Positions 50,001 through 61,690 of a stretch of DNA of 64,000 bases are shown in pieces; the stretch's first letter is position 1, and each line of letters begins with the position of its first letter. A program made the position numbers and the translations under genes. The notes beneath the pieces are model-generated. The model saw nothing but the letters and a program-made list of their open reading frames with translations. It did not search any database and was not told the origin of the DNA. The DNA is from Macrostomum lignano (Eukaryota). The DNA is taken from positions 1 to 64,000 of the forward strand of contig NIVC01002359.1 in NCBI GenBank assembly GCA_002269645.1, written 5' to 3'.

Positions 50001-53000
50001 CTTCTCTAACGCGCATATTAAGAGAGCCTTATCCTGTGTGCGCGAGTAAGCTTTTTGGCGAGATTGCTTAATCGAGTTACCATAGGCCCGGCGGCTTTCT
50101 AGTTAGATTGCAGTAACTCACTGTGTTGTTAGTGTCTCCCTGGCTTACTAGGGGAGTTTTGGAATTACCTTGATGAGGCAGTAGCGGATGCCTGCCTGAC
50201 TCTCTCGGTGTGTCACTTCCTGCTTTCAGACTGCTAAATTTGATAGTTTTTAAAAGTAAATATGCCTGTAGTAATGTAATACTCTAGACCAAACAAGTCG
50301 ATGTGTGTCAATCGTACTACCCATTGTTCTCAAATATGTAAGAACAGGTTTACCTTCATCTATTCTCTTAAAAAATTTCGATGGAATCGAAATCTACGAA
50401 GGTCCGTCGATGCATAGTAGAATGCTTAACACTTTGGTAACCTTTAGAAAGACTGCAAACAAGGCGTTGGCTGGCTTGGATTGAAGATTGAAAATATAAT
50501 CTCTCCGAATTAGTCAAAACAATGGCCGTTTTGACTTTAAAACTCAGTCCTAAATTTGACGGAAATGGCATCAGTTACTATTTTTGCGCAATCGCTAATT
50601 TTCAAGACTTCAAGCTAAAGAGATTTGCTATCAAGTTATCTCAAGACTTCAAGCTAAGGAGATTGCTATCAAGTTATCTCAACACTTCAAGCTAAGGAGA
50701 TTGCTATCAAGTTATCTCAAGACTTCAAGCTAAGGAGATTGCTATCAAGTTATCTCAACACTTCAAGCTAAGGAGATTGCTATCAAGTTATCTCAACACT
50801 TCAAGCTAAGGAGATTGCTATCAAGTTATCTCAACACTTCAAGCTAAGGAGATTGCTATCAAGTTATCTCAAGACTTCAAGCTAAGGAGATTGCTATCAA
50901 GTTTTCGCAAGACTTCAAGCTAAGGAGATTGCTATCAAGTTAACTCAAGACTTCAAGCTAAGGAGATTGCTATCAAGTTATCTCAACACTTCAAGCTAAG
51001 GAGATTGCTATCAAGTTATCTTAAGACTTCAAGCTAAGGAGATTGCTATCAAGTTAACTCAAGACTTCAAGCTAAGGAGATTGCTATCAAGTTATCTCAA
51101 CACTTCAAGCTAAGGAGATTGCTATCAAGTTATCTCAACACTTCAAGCTAAGGAGATTGCTATCAAGTTATCTTAAGACTTCAAGCTAAGGAGATTGCTA
51201 TCAAGTTAACTCAAGACTTCAAGCTAAGGAGATTGCTATCAAGTTATCTCAACACTTCAAGCTAAGGAGATTGCTATCAAGTTAACTCAAGACTTCAAGC
51301 TAATGAGAATTGCTTAAGTTATCTCAAGACTTCAAGCTTAAAGACTCAAACTAATTATACGGTTTACCATGTTCGTGTAGATTTTCCATACGGATTAGTT
51401 AAGGAAGAGAGAGCATCATAACGTGGAGTGAAGACTACAGTTAGCTTCGTTTAGCTACATACCACATTGCGTGCACCGAAGCCATTCTGGTTGTGAACTA
51501 TTATCTGGTTTGGATTGTGGATAAGTCATATCATCGTCTTTCGTGATACGTGAGCCTAAAATGTGTCTTATAGGATAAAGCAAGATTACTCTGGGGCACA
51601 CTTTGAGACAAGCTGTGGTGACAACTTGGCAGCAAGCGACTTTTTTGCATGATTCGCAGCTTCCCTCCCTACTTTTTAATATCTTCTCGATCACTCTGCT
51701 AGTCGAATATTTTTCCGCGATTCTATCTACGTACTGGGGTACACTAGGCGTAGAACTGGGCGATAATATTCCCATGCGGCCTGGTTCCCACGCTTAGGGA
51801 TGAGGGAGAAGCTAATCGCCTTAAGCACAGGATCTTCATTTCTACTAAAGCACTGCAAATTTCTGGCACTGCAAATAGATTTTCAACGGCACTAAAATCA
51901 GTAGACTTTTGGCAGGAGGGGGGGGGGGCAAAATCTGCACACAAGTCTTCTGCTCCCTTGGGTAGGATAATTTTATTGTCTCTATGAGGGATTGTGGTGA
52001 GAGAAGATATTTTAATGGAAAGAGAGTGGTGGAAGATAATAGGAAGAATGGCAGAAAATATGATAAGGAATGGTAAGATATACGGGAGAGAAAGCTGTGA
52101 GATCTGGCAGATGTAGGTAGGAGAATGGTAGGAAATACAGAAAAAGAACAGTCAGAAGGCGAGAAGTAAAATCTACGAAGTACGACAAAGGGGTCACTCC
52201 ACCTGACTAAAGGCGGGTTGTGACACAACGGTATCACATTACATAATATGCCCGAAGGCATATTATAGAAGTGAGACATACCTGTGGCAACATTTGTACT
52301 CACCCACGCATTTATACTCTTGATGAGGAAAGGCAGCGAAATAAATAGCATAGCAGAACTGCGTCATGATCAGGCCACGATGTGGGACGCCCACTCTTCC
52401 ATTAGCTCATTTGCATAATTAGCCCACAATATAAAGGATTAGAAAGCCTTTATAGCTAATGAGGTTTTGAATTCACCTGTTACGAGTTTGTCGTCTGCAC
52501 GCCACCAAGCTTAGAGATATTAACACGAGCATAGATGACAATTGCATTGCTCCATTTGCTCCATTGGATTACAGGCTGTGAGGCTTTCGTTCGCTAGCTA
52601 GAAAATTACCTAATATATTCAAATTGATATAGCTAGTCTGTGTGAAAGAAAGTGTTAGTAAACCATGTTGACAAAACGCAAATTGACAAAACATTTCTCT
52701 CCCTCTCTCTGATGTCAATCAGAAAGATTGAAATCCCTAGTATAGGTGCTCTCTGCTCTATTTTTCTCCTCGATTTCGCTCTCGCCTTGTTTGCTCTGTG
52801 ACGTGTGTCGCCTACATCGATAACGCTTCCTCTCTGCTTGGTACTTCAAACTACTCGGCACTCGGCCAAAAATGCATGGCCAGCCATTCAGTCCCGCAGT
52901 TCAGTTAGGCGTGTTATACTTGATGGAGCAAAACTCCCAAGTGGGGACTCACCAAAGCATAAGAGAAGTTCGAGAATAAGTGAAATGCAACTGGGATCAA

Positions 53001-56000
53001 GTGTTAAGAGGAAAATGGCATATGCGTAGCAAAGCAAAGGCAACTAGTACGCTCGTATTTCCTTTTAAGCGCTCTCCTCGGCTCTATTAAAAATGCAGTA
53101 AAAAGCATTAAAAGAAAGTAAAAAGAGACGTAAGACTAAATTGTTTTTATTGCTTGTTCTTCAGATATTTATTGTCAAAACACTCCTAATTGTAGGTGGA
53201 AAATTAATTCGGTTCATTACATCATAGACGTTCGACATAAATTATTATACCTTTTCCGGACATCTTCTGAACTGAAAAAAATTGTCTGCTATTAAAAATA
53301 ATCATGCTCACACGAGCTACCAGGGTATAACCTGTGTCACATCCACCTTTTAGCTATATTAAAATCTCCGCAAGATTTTGGTGTCTAAAACCCTACAGTG
53401 CATTTGTATCCTTGAGCTAGAATATTAATGCAAGCAACGCCCCGGATTTTTGCTGATATTTCAAGTGCTACCGATTTCAACTGGCTTCAGCTGGGACTTT
53501 CTGCAGGCATTTAGACTGCTGGCTTGAAGCAAGCGATATTCTTAATCCTGAAAGCAGCATCACACTTCTTTGGCTAAGTCTCTTAGCACTCACGAAGATT
53601 TTCCTTCTAAGTAGAAAGCAATCCGTGTTTTTTGTGACTGATTTCATCTGGATTTCCTACTCTTTAGTGGCTCTTCCTAGCTTGACTGCTTGAAGTTCGT
53701 GTTTCCTGTGTCTCTCCTGCCCTTTCGTTTCCAACTCGATCGCTTCCTTTGCTAGTTTGACTCGCTTTCGGGCCTGCTCCTCTGATCGATCCTCTTCATC
53801 AGCTACTGCAAGCTTCTGTCAGGTTCATGCTTGGCATCTGACTTGCTTCGCCCTCTAATTTTATTATGCAGATTCTGAATCAATCGAAATATCAATGCTA
53901 AGTTACTCTCTCTCTAAAGGGTGGCACAGGTTGTGCAGTCTTTACTTTGATTGCTCAGAAGTGGTCGCTGGCTTATTGTATTAGTATATTTATTTCCGCT
54001 TCTCAACAGCATGCGCAACAAAAAGATCTAAGCGCGCTGATGCTGCATCAGTTTGCACTGGCACAATTTCTACGGAGCGAGAGCGAGAGGGAGAAGAAAA
54101 TAGGAAAATTAAAGGCGCGACACCGAATTCAATGGGATGCGAGTCGGGGTTTTAACGTCAATTCAAATCTTTCTTCAACTGCTTTCTGTTGGTATACGTC
54201 TGCATTATATTATTGTCTGACTCATTGTAACCGCAAATTGTGTTTGTTAGCTTAGAGTATTATTCCTTCATACAACACGAACAAAGTTTCCGCGATTAAT
54301 CTATTATTCAGTCTTGAAGTTCGTCAAACATCTTCTTGCCACGGAGCGGTGTGAACGAGAACCTCTTGCCGCGAAGCGGAGTGAACCTCTTGCCGCGAAG
54401 CGGAGTGAACTTCTTGCCGCGAAGCAGAGTGAATCTCTTGCCGCGAAGCGGAGTGAACCTCTTGCCGCGAAGTGGAGTGAACCTCTTGCCGCGAAGCGGA
54501 GTGAACTTCTTGCCGCGAAGCGGAGTGAACTTCTTGCCACGAAGCGGAGTGAACTTCTTGCCGCGAAGAGGAGTGAACCTCTTGCCGCGAAGTGGGGTAA
54601 ACTTCTTCCCACGAAGCGGAGTGAACCTCTTGCCGCGAAGCGGAGTGAACCTCTTTCCACGAAGCGGAGTGAACCTCTTGCCACGAAGCGGAGTGAACCT
54701 CTTGTCGTTCGAGCTCTCATCGTCCAGTTCTTGCTCTTCACCGTCGTCCTCCTGATCGTAGTAGGGCTCTCGGTCGTACGCGGTCGGGCTATTAACTTCG
54801 CTCAGTGCTTGCATCAGGTTGCGAACCTCGAATTCCGATGGTTCGTTCTCGCCCGTCAGCGCTTCCGGCTGATGCTGCTCTTGCTTTTGCTCCGTCGACG
54901 TAGCGTAGGCGGTTGAGAACATCGCCAAAGATACCAAGATGGCCACATATTGGGCGTACTTACACCTCGGCTTCATTTTCGCTCTTCACGCTATAGTTTA
55001 AAGCTGAACTGAAAAAGCCGATCAGTTGACTCCTTGACTCTGCCAGTTGTGCTTTATAGAGTCCAGTTAGGAGAGCTAGGTTGCCGCTCCAGTGTCTTTC
55101 TTCGCGTTGAATTTCTGCCTCTTTTTATCCCCTCTTTCCTGCAACGGAGCAGGGGTGGTTGCAGTTTTGCTCCGCATTTCATCAGCATTGCGCGCTGAGT
55201 CCAATTGGCTTCCACGGGTTGGATCCTATCAGAGTAAAGCTTCGGTGTTTGTTATGTCAGGATGCGATTTCCCCCACTGGCCGCACGCATACTCTCAATA
55301 ATCTCGACTCTCAACTTTAAGCTTTTGTTTAAAAGCTATAATTTCTTTTTGGAAAATAATACAACTGAACCAACTTGACGAGCCATTTGCAAATTAAATG
55401 CAATTTCAGCCGCTTGTGTCTCGGTTTGAAATTCGAATGTCATGAACTGTAGCTATGGAAACATAATTAGGTTTGCTCTTCTGGTATGGTTTTTTTATTA
55501 TCTAGCTTGTAGATCTCTATCATAATAAATAACGACGATAAAAATATTATATTGAAGGACTTTCATTACACATTAGAAATACTCAAAAAGAAATAACTAT
55601 TTAAAATATGTGGAAGATAATCGGTAATATGACCTGAAGCTTGTTATTGATTTGAGAACTCACTATGCCCTTATTGGCTTTAGTAATAGGCATTGACGTT
55701 GCTGATCCAAGTCTGCCGCATGATTATCCGCAGTGTCAGTTTCGTTGCTTGCCGCTCATCTCTAGTTGCTTTTGTCCATCCATCGTAAGGAGAAAATCGA
55801 AGCTTGAACTAGTTCTATCTTTTTTCTCCTACTTGCGGGGAAAAGACAAAGCCAATTTTCTCTTTTGGGCGGCTCCTCGGCAATCGATCGACTTTTGAGG
55901 GGAAATGCCGGCCAGTCTTTTCCGATCCCAATCTGGCCTTGCAGTATGTTGTTTATCATAAATTCAACAAAGCAGAAAAGCACACAGCGTGTTTTTAACT

Positions 56001-59000
56001 AAAGAGCGCACGCTTCTTGAGCCTGTGCTTGTCTATTAAACTTGATGATGTTCTTGGGATGTGCCACCGAACTCGTAAAAACTGTCGATACTATACTGTT
56101 TAACGGTTCATATTATGCCGTGTTGACTAAACCCAAACCCAGATTCCAGAATCCACTTTTGATTAATTCTAAACTGCTTCAATAATCAATAAAAAACCTT
56201 AATTAAAGCCGTAACACAATTTCGGACAGGTTCAAAGATTAAAGTGCTGCAATAGAAGTACATAAAAATTCTCGCTTCACTCTTGTTTGACAGCGTGGCA
56301 CAACTCTGAAAATTTAGGTATAGAGAGTTACTTTTTGTAGATATCAATACTTTGGAGAATTAACAACTGCAGCAATAAATATAGTTAAATTTCGTTGCAC
56401 CTGTGACCAAGACTGTGCTTGTCATGTATAGTCTGCAGTCCATATATTGAATTAGTCATTTTGCTTCTAGCTCGTACATACTCCAGAGCTTAAACTCTTA
56501 TTTACTCCCCACCCCACCCCCGCTCTATGCAGTACAACGCCATGCAAGAGATGATGCAGCTGCTGTACGGTCAGGTGCGACTTCGCATGGGCAGCCAGTT
56601 GACCGAGGCTACCCGCAACAATCTGGAATTCTTTCGCGGCACTATTTGCCGAGTTATGCAAGTCGAAATTGCCGAGGTAGCGGTGCCGGAGTCTACGGCT
56701 GGGACCGGAACTGCCGATCAGGTCTGTCGGTGGCCAATAATGGACAATGGCAGCTAAGGATAGGCAATGATGGACAATGGCAGCTAAGGATAGGCAATGA
56801 TGGACAATGGTAGCTAAGGATAGGCAATGATGGACAATGGTAGCTAAGGATAGGCAATGATGGACAATGGCAGCTAAGGATAGGCAATGATGGACAATGG
56901 TAGCTAAGGATAGGCAATGATGGACAATGGTAGCTAAGGATAGGCAATGATGGACAATGGTAGCTAAGGATAGGCAGTGATCGACAATGGTAGCTAAGGA
57001 TAGGCAATGATGGACAATGGTAGCTAAGGATAGGCAATGATGGACAATGGTAGCTAAGGATAGGCAATGATGGACACAATGGTAGCTAACGATAGGCGAT
57101 GATGGATAATGGTAGCTGAGGATAGGCAATGATGGACAATGGTAGCTAAGGATAGGCAATGATAGACAATGGTAGCTAAGGATAGGCAGTGATGGGCAAT
57201 GGTAGCTAAGGATAGGCAATGATGGACAATCGTAGCTAAGGATAGGCAATGATGGACAATGGTAGCTAAGGATAGGCAATGATGGACAATGGTAGCTAAG
57301 GATAGGCAGTGATGGACAATGGTAGCTAAGGATAGGCAGTGATGGGCAATGGTAGCTAAGGATAGGCAATGATGGACAATGGTAGCTAAGGATAGGCAAT
57401 GATGGACAATGGTAGCTAAGGATAGGCAATGATGGACAATGGTAGCTAAGGATAGGCAGTGATGGACAATGGTAGCTAAGGATAGGCAGTGATGGGCAAT
57501 GGTAGCTAAGAATAGACAATGAAAGCTAGGGATATGGACAAGGACAGCTAAGGATGGACAATGAAAGCTAGGGATATGACAAGGACAGCTAAGGATAGAC
57601 AATGAAAGCTAGGGATATGACAAGGACAGCTAAGGATAGACAATGAAAGCTAGGGATATGACAAGGACAGCTAAGGATAGACAATGAAAGCTAGGGATAT
57701 GACAAGGACAGCTAAGGATAGACAATGAAAGCTAGGGATATGACAAGGACAACTAAGGATAGACAATGAAAGCTAGGGATATGACAAGGACAACTAAGGA
57801 TAGACAATGAAAGCTAGGGATATGGACAAGGACAGCTAAGGATGCAGACGCAGTTAATAATGCTCAGCGGTATGTTCATTGGCGGCGATCACAGGAGCAG
57901 ACGGATCGCCAAGCCTCAAACCCAGCGTCGGCCTCCAAGCCAGCAGCACGTCCAACCGCATCTCCGGCAGCCGAGGGCGGAGCCGGCACCTTCCTCCTAG
58001 TCGAATGCGCCCCGCCAACGCATCTGCACTACGCCGAGTCGGCCTTCTCCAGTTCCGGCCTGCCGCCGAAGGCGTTCATTTCCGCCTGGAGACGCGAACT
58101 GGCCCTTCTTGGCGACCACCTGCCCAGGGGCGTCACCGTCAAAGCTTACGAGGACCGGATGGACCTCATGGCCGTTCTCATCGAGGGCCCGGCCGGCACG
58201 CCCTACTCTGGCGCCCTGTTCCTATTCGACCTTCATCTGCCCACTGCTTATCCCGCTCAGCCGCCGCGCCTGCTCTATCGATCCATGTGCTCTGGTCGGC
58301 TCAATCCCAACCTGTACGAGTGCGGCAAGGTGTGCGTCTCGTTGCTGGGCACCTGGGACGGCCAGGGCACTGAGCGGTGGGCACCGGGCGAATCAAACCT
58401 GCTGCAGGTGAGCTTTTGTAGTTGAACTGCTAGATATTCGATTTTTTTCTGTATCCAGTATCTCAGATAGCTAGTTAAAATCCCCATCTGAAAATCCCAG
58501 ATCCTCAATAAAATCCCAATCGGAGAATCCCAAATCCTCAATAAAATCCCAATCTAAGAATCCCAAAATCTTCATTAAAATCCCCATCTGAGAACCCCAA
58601 ATCCTCATTAAAATCTCATCTGAAAATCCCAAATCCTCATTAAAATCCCCATCTGAAAATCCCAACTCATTAAAATCCCCATCTGAAAATCCCAACTCAT
58701 TAAAATCCCTATCTAAAATCATTTGACCGCCGCCAGGTGCTGGTGTCGGTGCAGGGCCTGATCCTAGTCGAGGAGCCGCTATTCAACGAGCCCGGCTACG
58801 AGAAGGGCACCCAGGCGGCCGCGGTGAAGAGTCGCGAATACAACGAGCTGGCCGTGGTCCGAACCGCCCAGTCGATGGCCAGTCTGGTCTCCTCGCCGCC
58901 GGACACGTTTGCTGCCGAGGTCGGCCGCTACGCTGAAACTCGCTTGCGGAGCTACGCCGACCAGCTGGCCGACTGGCTGGCCGACCGCGGCCGGCCGGGC

Positions 59001-59099
59001 TTCCCGCTGCTGCCGCTGTCGGCCGGAGCCAAGCTGTCGCTCACTGCGGTGGTCAGGAGACTCACAGAACTTGCCGATAAGGTGCAGGGGAAGCAATGA
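33809..59099 (+). CDS. UBE2O: UBE2O (E2/E3 hybrid ubiquitin-conjugating enzyme), 10 exons, ~1316 aa
   Basis: Exons (plus strand): 33809-34267, 35403-35509, 36901-37311, 41423-42001, 42769-43195, 45377-45745, 46933-47466, 56533-56721, 57895-58407, 58737-59099 (3951 nt, all GT-AG, phases consistent). Motifs: VDVRWQDG...DLVP....QFFPGDFV, and UBC domain [23 protein letters not shown]...[20 protein letters not shown]...[23 protein letters not shown] with the catalytic Cys intact. Confidence 0.93.
34335..35215. repeat. 22-bp minisatellite with higher-order variants, UBE2O intron 1
   Basis: GATTTCCCATCGTACATGGTAG units. Confidence 0.92.
35265..35360 (-). mobile_element. SINE family A fragment in UBE2O intron 1
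   Basis: CCTAGTGGTTAGAGTG...GGTTCGATTCCC...TGTGTCCTTGAGCAAGACAC on the minus strand. Confidence 0.8.
36085..36755. repeat. 34-bp minisatellite, UBE2O intron 2
   Basis: GTGCAGGGTCCTCACCTTCATATAGCTGGTCATT units. Confidence 0.95.
37310..38450. repeat. 43-bp minisatellite starting at the UBE2O exon 3 donor
   Basis: GCGTGAGTCTGGGTCTGTCAAAGTGGGTCAAGGATGCAGCTTC, ~26 copies. Confidence 0.95.
40040..41340 (+). mobile_element. tRNA-derived SINE-like element (family B) with an internal 62-bp unit expanded ~17x
   Basis: A-box-like AGCTCAGCAGTAAA, B-box GGTTCGATCT, core GTGTACATG...GAAAGTC...CTGTACACCCTG...GTGCTCAG (shared with 4490-4600, 15420-15560 and 43270-43410 on the minus strand), then a 62-bp tandem array at 40256-41310. 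Confidence 0.6.
42290..42650. repeat. ~45-bp imperfect minisatellite, UBE2O intron 4
   Basis: CACACCTTCACTCCACAGCACACTAATCTCAAATACAGTGTGA units. Confidence 0.85.
43270..43410 (-). mobile_element. SINE-like family B core copy
   Basis: Same GTGTACATGCC...GAAAGTC...TGTACACCCTGAG...GTGCTCAG core on the minus strand. Confidence 0.55.
43678..43790 (-). pseudogene. Orphan fragment of a G-protein beta subunit gene (intron end plus 20 codons)
   Basis: Minus strand reads C-rich acceptor ...CCCAACATCCCAG then [20 protein letters not shown] (43737-43678), 19/20 identical to GNB1 [20 protein letters not shown]. It then runs into repeat-like sequence with no donor site and no further G-beta similarity. 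Confidence 0.85.
43790..44770. repeat. (GACA)n compound microsatellite, UBE2O intron 5
   Basis: GACA/GACAC runs with ACTAAG spacers. Confidence 0.95.
45770..46830. repeat. 30-31-bp minisatellite, UBE2O intron 6
   Basis: GATTTTTGCAGYCTGTAGTTGCTGTCACGGT units. Confidence 0.95.
47590..48815. repeat. 21-bp minisatellite, UBE2O intron 7
   Basis: GAGGTTGGGATTCTTAGTTTT units. Confidence 0.95.
49400..49640. repeat. 22-bp minisatellite
   Basis: CTTCTAGTATTCCCCTCTGGAG units. Confidence 0.85.
50600..51340. repeat. 38-bp minisatellite
   Basis: TCAAGACTTCAAGCTAAGGAGATTGCTATCAAGTTATC units. Confidence 0.95.
54308..54976 (-). CDS. Neuropeptide precursor (FTPLRamide prohormone), 222 aa, nested in UBE2O intron 7
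   Basis: Hydrophobic signal peptide ([25 protein letters not shown]), acidic spacer, then 15 units flanked by KR/KK with Gly amide donors: 13x FTPLRG, 1x FTLLRG, 1x FSFTPLRG. Variation between the 24-bp units is mostly synonymous or K/R swaps. Confidence 0.92.
   Translation of the reverse strand: MKPRCKYAQYVAILVSLAMFSTAYATSTEQKQEQHQPEALTGENEPSEFEVRNLMQALSEVNSPTAYDREPYYDQEDDGEEQELDDESSNDKRFTPLRGKRFTPLRGKRFTPLRGKRFTPLRGKKFTPLRGKRFTPLRGKKFTPLRGKKFTPLRGKKFTPLRGKRFTPLRGKRFTPLRGKRFTLLRGKKFTPLRGKRFTPLRGKRFSFTPLRGKKMFDELQD
55053..55058 (-). promoter_or_regulatory. Candidate TATA box of the neuropeptide gene
   Basis: TATAAA on the minus strand, ~30 nt upstream of a TCA dinucleotide context and ~80 nt upstream of the ATG at 54976. 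Confidence 0.35.
56745..57840. repeat. Compound minisatellite (30-bp then 41-bp related units), UBE2O intron 8
   Basis: TAGGCAATGATGGACAATGGTAGCTAAGGA, followed by AATGAAAGCTAGGGATATGACAAGGACAGCTAAGGATAGAC. Confidence 0.95.
58470..58720. repeat. Imperfect ~34-bp repeat, UBE2O intron 9
   Basis: TTAAAATCCCCATCTGAAAATCCCAAATCCTCA units. Confidence 0.85.
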
Positions 59100-59149
59100 A
59101 GATGCTGATATGGTTCTCTGTGTCTCTGAGGGTTGGGAGCAACTGGGAA

Positions 59150-60400
59150 ATGGATTGCTAATCTAGCCAGCTGGATTAGAATTGATTAGAGTGGATTTCT
59201 AATCTATCCAACTGGATTAGAATTGATTAGAGTGGATTGCTAATCTATCCAACTGGATTAGGAATGGATTGCTAATCTATTCAACTGGATTAGGAATGGA
59301 TTGCTAATCTATCCAACTGGATTAGGAATGGATTGCTACTCTATCCAACTGAATTAGAGTGGATTGCTAATCTATCAACTGGATTATAGTGGATTGCTAA
59401 TCTATCCAACTGGATTAGGAATGGATTGCTAATCTATTCAACTGGATTAGGAATGGATTGCTAATCTATCCAACTGGATTAGGAATGGATTGCTACTCTA
59501 TCCAACTGAATTAGAGTGGATTGCTAATCTATCAACTGGATTATAGTGGATTGCTAATCTATCCAACTGGATTAGGAATGGATTGCTAATCTTGGCAACT
59601 GGATTAGAGTTGATTAGAGTGGATTTCTAATCTAGACAACTCGATTAGAGTGGATTTCTAATCTAAGCAACAGGATTAGAGTGGATTGCTAATCTAGGGA
59701 ACTGGATTATAGTGGATTGCTAATCTAGCCAACTGGATTAGAATTGATTAGAGTGGATTTCTAATCTATCCAACTGGATTAGAATTGATTAGAGTGGATT
59801 GCTAATCTATCCAACTGGATTAGGAATGGATTGCTAATCTATCCAACTGGATTAGGAATGGATTGCTAATCTTGGCAACTGGATTAGAGTTGATTAGAGT
59901 GGATTTCTAATCTAGACAACTCGATTAGAGTGGATTGCTAATCTAAGCAACAGGATTAGAGTGGATTGCTAATCTAGGCAACAGGATTATAGTGGATTGC
60001 TAATCTAGCCTACTGGATTAGAATGGATTGCTAATCTATCAACTGGATTATAGTGGATTGCTAATCTATCCAACTGGATTAGGAGTGGATTGCTAATCTT
60101 GGCAACTGGATTAGAGTTGATTAGAGTGGATTTCTAATCTAGACAACTCGATTAGAGTAGATTGCTAATCTAAGCAACAGGATTAGAGTGGATTGCTAAT
60201 CTAGCCAACTGGATTAGAGTTAATTAGAGTGGATTGCTAGTCTATCCCACTGGATTAGAGTGGATTTCTAATCTATCCAACCGGATTAAAGTGGATTGCT
60301 AATCTAGGCAACTGGATTAGAGTGGATGGTTAATTTAACCAAATGGATTAGAATAGATTGCTAATCTAGGCAACTGGATTATAGTGGATTGCTAATCTAA
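59150..60400. repeat. ~31-bp imperfect minisatellite rich in GGATTA/TAATCT
   Basis: CAACTGGATTAGAGTGGATTGCTAATCTATC units, directly after the UBE2O stop. Confidence 0.93.
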
Positions 60401-61004
60401 CGCAGTAGATTTCTCTATAAACAATTATTTTGATGGATTAGCACTGATTTCTCTGTTCTATCAATTTTTGTCACCGAATACTGAGAGCCGGAGACACAGC
60501 TCAATGCCAGAGCTTCCATTGCGCCAGTTGGGTCCCCAGTTTTGCCTTGTATCTCGGCGCCTTAATTAACCTGATGCCGCCTGTAGCCTGTAGCATGTCG
60601 GCTTGGTTAAACAATGGCTTTTTTATCTCTTGGAACGGTCTTTCCTCAATCAGCAACCGCCACTCTGTCCCGTCTCGGAAAGCAGCCTTTCCGCTTCAGC
60701 AATTATAATTGCTTTACTATATAATATCTATAAAAGAAAATTATCTATTTTTACTGCGAGCTATTTTCTTATCATATTCAGCGCGCACTACTCATCGGTC
60801 ATTTTATTCAGTAGCCTGTTTTGAACTGCGATCGAGCAGAATGAGAGTTGGTCAATTGTTATTGTTATTATTGTGTAATTGCGTCTTTTCCCATTGCCTA
60901 AACGCCCCCCATCTCTTTTGAATCCCGTTCGGTGCTCTGCTCTCTCTCCATCCAGCTTCTTCGCTCTTTAACATTGTTGTTTTCCTTTGTCAGATAGGGA
61001 ATCT

Positions 61005-61690
61005 CCGGGGTGAGATTTCCGATCTAGTAAGTCTCCAGGGGTGAGATTTCCGATCTAGTAGGTCTTCGGGATGAGATTTCCGATCTAGTAAGTCTCTATG
61101 GGGAGATTTCCGATCTAGTAAGTCTCCAGGGTGAGATTTCCGATCTAGTAAGTCTTCGGGATGAGATTTCCGATCTAGTAGGTCTTCGGGATGAGATTTC
61201 CGATCTAGTAAGTCTCTATGGGGAGATTTCCGATCTAGTAAGTCTCCAGGGTGAGATTTCCGATCTAGTAAGTCTTCGGGATGAGATTTCCGATCTAGTA
61301 AGTCTTCGGGATGAGATTCCGATCTAGTAAGTCTCCTGGAGGGTGAGATTTCCGATCTAGTAGGTCTTCGGGATGAGATTTCCGATCTAGTAAGTCTCCA
61401 GGGTGAGATTTCCGATCTAGTAAGTCTTCGGGATGAGATTTCCGATCTAGTAAGTCTTCGGGATGAGATTCCGATCTAGTAAGTCTCCTGGAGGGTGAGA
61501 TTTCCGATCTAGTAGGTCTTCGGGATGAGATTTCCGATCTAGTAAGTCTCTATGGGGAGATATCCGATCTAGTAAGTCTCTATGGGGAGATTTCCGATCT
61601 AGTAAGTCTCCTGGGGTGAGATTTCCGATCTAGTAAGTCATCGGGATGAGATTTCCGATCTAGTAAGTCTCCTGGAGGGTGAGATTTTCA
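61005..61690. repeat. ~30-bp minisatellite
   Basis: GAGATTTCCGATCTAGTAAGTC core with variable spacers. Confidence 0.92.

Noticed and set aside
51455-51775. Cys-containing ORF (VIEKILKSR...CESC...C) suggestive of a chromodomain or transposase C-terminus
   Set aside because: Only a few residues match, the rest of the chromodomain aromatic pattern is missing, and there is no supporting context.
53300-53900. Minus-strand Glu/Lys-rich broken frame ([15 protein letters not shown]...HELQAVKL), reminiscent of a retroelement gag
   Set aside because: Multiple stops, no diagnostic motif and no LTR or pol nearby; cannot be supported without a search.
61005-61690. NF-kB-like GGGAGATTTCC motifs in the repeat (and GGGAAATCCT in 34335-35215)
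   Set aside because: Only some units match, imperfectly, and there is no contextual link to an NF-kB target.
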